DNA of 64,000 nucleotides from Methanothrix sp. (GTDB lineage Archaea; Halobacteriota; Methanosarcinia; Methanotrichales; Methanotrichaceae): NCBI GenBank assembly GCA_040770465.1, contig JAXGJB010000007.1, positions 629 to 64,628 of the forward strand, read 5' to 3'. Shown piece by piece: positions 63,357 to 64,000 of this stretch (position 1 is its first letter; each line of letters starts with the position of its first letter). The notes under the pieces were generated by a model. It saw only the letters and a program-made list of their open reading frames with translations, ran no database searches and was not told where the DNA came from. The position numbers and the translations under genes were made by a program.

Positions 63357-64000
63357 CTATAAGCCACCCGCTCCGCCATCGCCCTCTTCCGACCCGGCCT
63401 TCTCATCTCCGCCCCCTTCCTTCTCCACCACCTTCTTCTTAGCCACCCCGGACCGAGCCCGGAGCGCCTCCTCGTAGGCCCAGATCGACCGCTCCAGGTT
63501 GTCCCCCCGGTCCTCCAGCTTCGAGAGGTTCCGGTAGGCGATCCCCAGGTTGTTCTGGATCTTTGCGTACTCCAGGGGGCAGGCTTCGAGGGTCAGGACT
63601 TCCAGGGCCTCCTCGAAGGCCCTGATCGCGCGGCGCAGGTTGGCGGCGTCCTCGGGGCCCCTCGCCGGGCCCGCCAGGATGACGAGGGCCCGCCCAAGAA
63701 GGTTCTTCGTCTCGGCGTACTTCCAGGGGTGATCCTGCCGGGTCCTGATCGAGAGAGCCTCCTCATACGCCTCGATCGCCCTCTTCAGCCCCTCCCGGTC
63801 CGACCAGCGTATCTCGCTACCGCTCACCTCGGGCTCGGACTCGAGGACCAGGGCCTGGCCGAGGAAGGTCTGGGTCTCGGCCCTCTCCTCGGGATGGGAG
63901 GCGAGGGCTCTGACCTCAAGGGCCGCCTTGAAGCTGTTGACGGCCCGCTCGAGATCCGCCTCCCGCATCTCCCCCTCCTCGAGCTGGGCGAGGGCCATCT
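63357..64000 (-). CDS. TPR-repeat protein (partial; runs off the right edge)
   Basis: Repeated A-x-x-x-Y/F-E-E-A-L..R blocks every ~45 aa (AIEAYEEALSIRT, AIRAFEEALEVLT, SIWAYEEALRARS). The frame is open to the window end. Confidence 0.6.
   Translation of the reverse strand, partial: MALAQLEEGEMREADLERAVNSFKAALEVRALASHPEERAETQTFLGQALVLESEPEVSGSEIRWSDREGLKRAIEAYEEALSIRTRQDHPWKYAETKNLLGRALVILAGPARGPEDAANLRRAIRAFEEALEVLTLEACPLEYAKIQNNLGIAYRNLSKLEDRGDNLERSIWAYEEALRARSGVAKKKVVEKEGGGDEKAGSEEGDGGAGGL

Overview
64-kb window from a G+C-rich archaeal chromosome. The archaeal call is an inference from gene content (UPF0212/DUF555, XPD helicase, MTH865-like protein, long archaeal FKBP, separate PyrB/PyrI, TATA-box/leaderless gene starts). 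A methanogen-like euryarchaeon is my best guess, not proven. Positions 1-14136 carry ten translationally coupled + strand genes. They form the spike/baseplate half of a phage-tail-like extracellular contractile injection system (eCIS): tube-initiator-like, LysM-like, gpD, gp5/gpV spike, PAAR-like tip, gp25/gpW, two giant baseplate proteins, a gpI-like beta-helix protein and a conserved 510-aa distal protein. The sheath/tube half must lie left of the window. The rest is mostly housekeeping: XPD, a PspA-PspAA/HtpX envelope-stress locus, LivHMGF plus LivK, IleRS, RNase Z, SurE, two tandem ClC channels, superoxide reductase, TspO, MFS, a HerA-like ATPase, rhomboid, NYN, TatD, a LeuA/CimA-family synthase, FKBP, PyrBI and a stand-alone Cas4-like nuclease. 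There are also several secreted proteins (C25 gingipain-like peptidase, NosD-like beta-helix, DUF3160-like). Unusual parts: (1) a lower-G+C island (29.8-34.1 kb) with an orphan two-gene cassette (125 aa + 752 aa, no recognisable domains) next to an intact IS481-like element with ~36-bp terminal inverted repeats and a 15-bp target duplication; (2) a ~1-kb extremely A+T-rich ORF-free block (45.6-46.6 kb); (3) five separate short intergenic tandem-repeat arrays; (4) recent in-frame tandem duplications inside two baseplate genes; (5) two genes (ClC paralog 2 and LeuA/CimA) whose conserved N-termini lie upstream of any canonical start codon, each with an out-of-frame ATG about 25 nt after a TATA box. 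No rRNA, tRNA or CRISPR array was seen.
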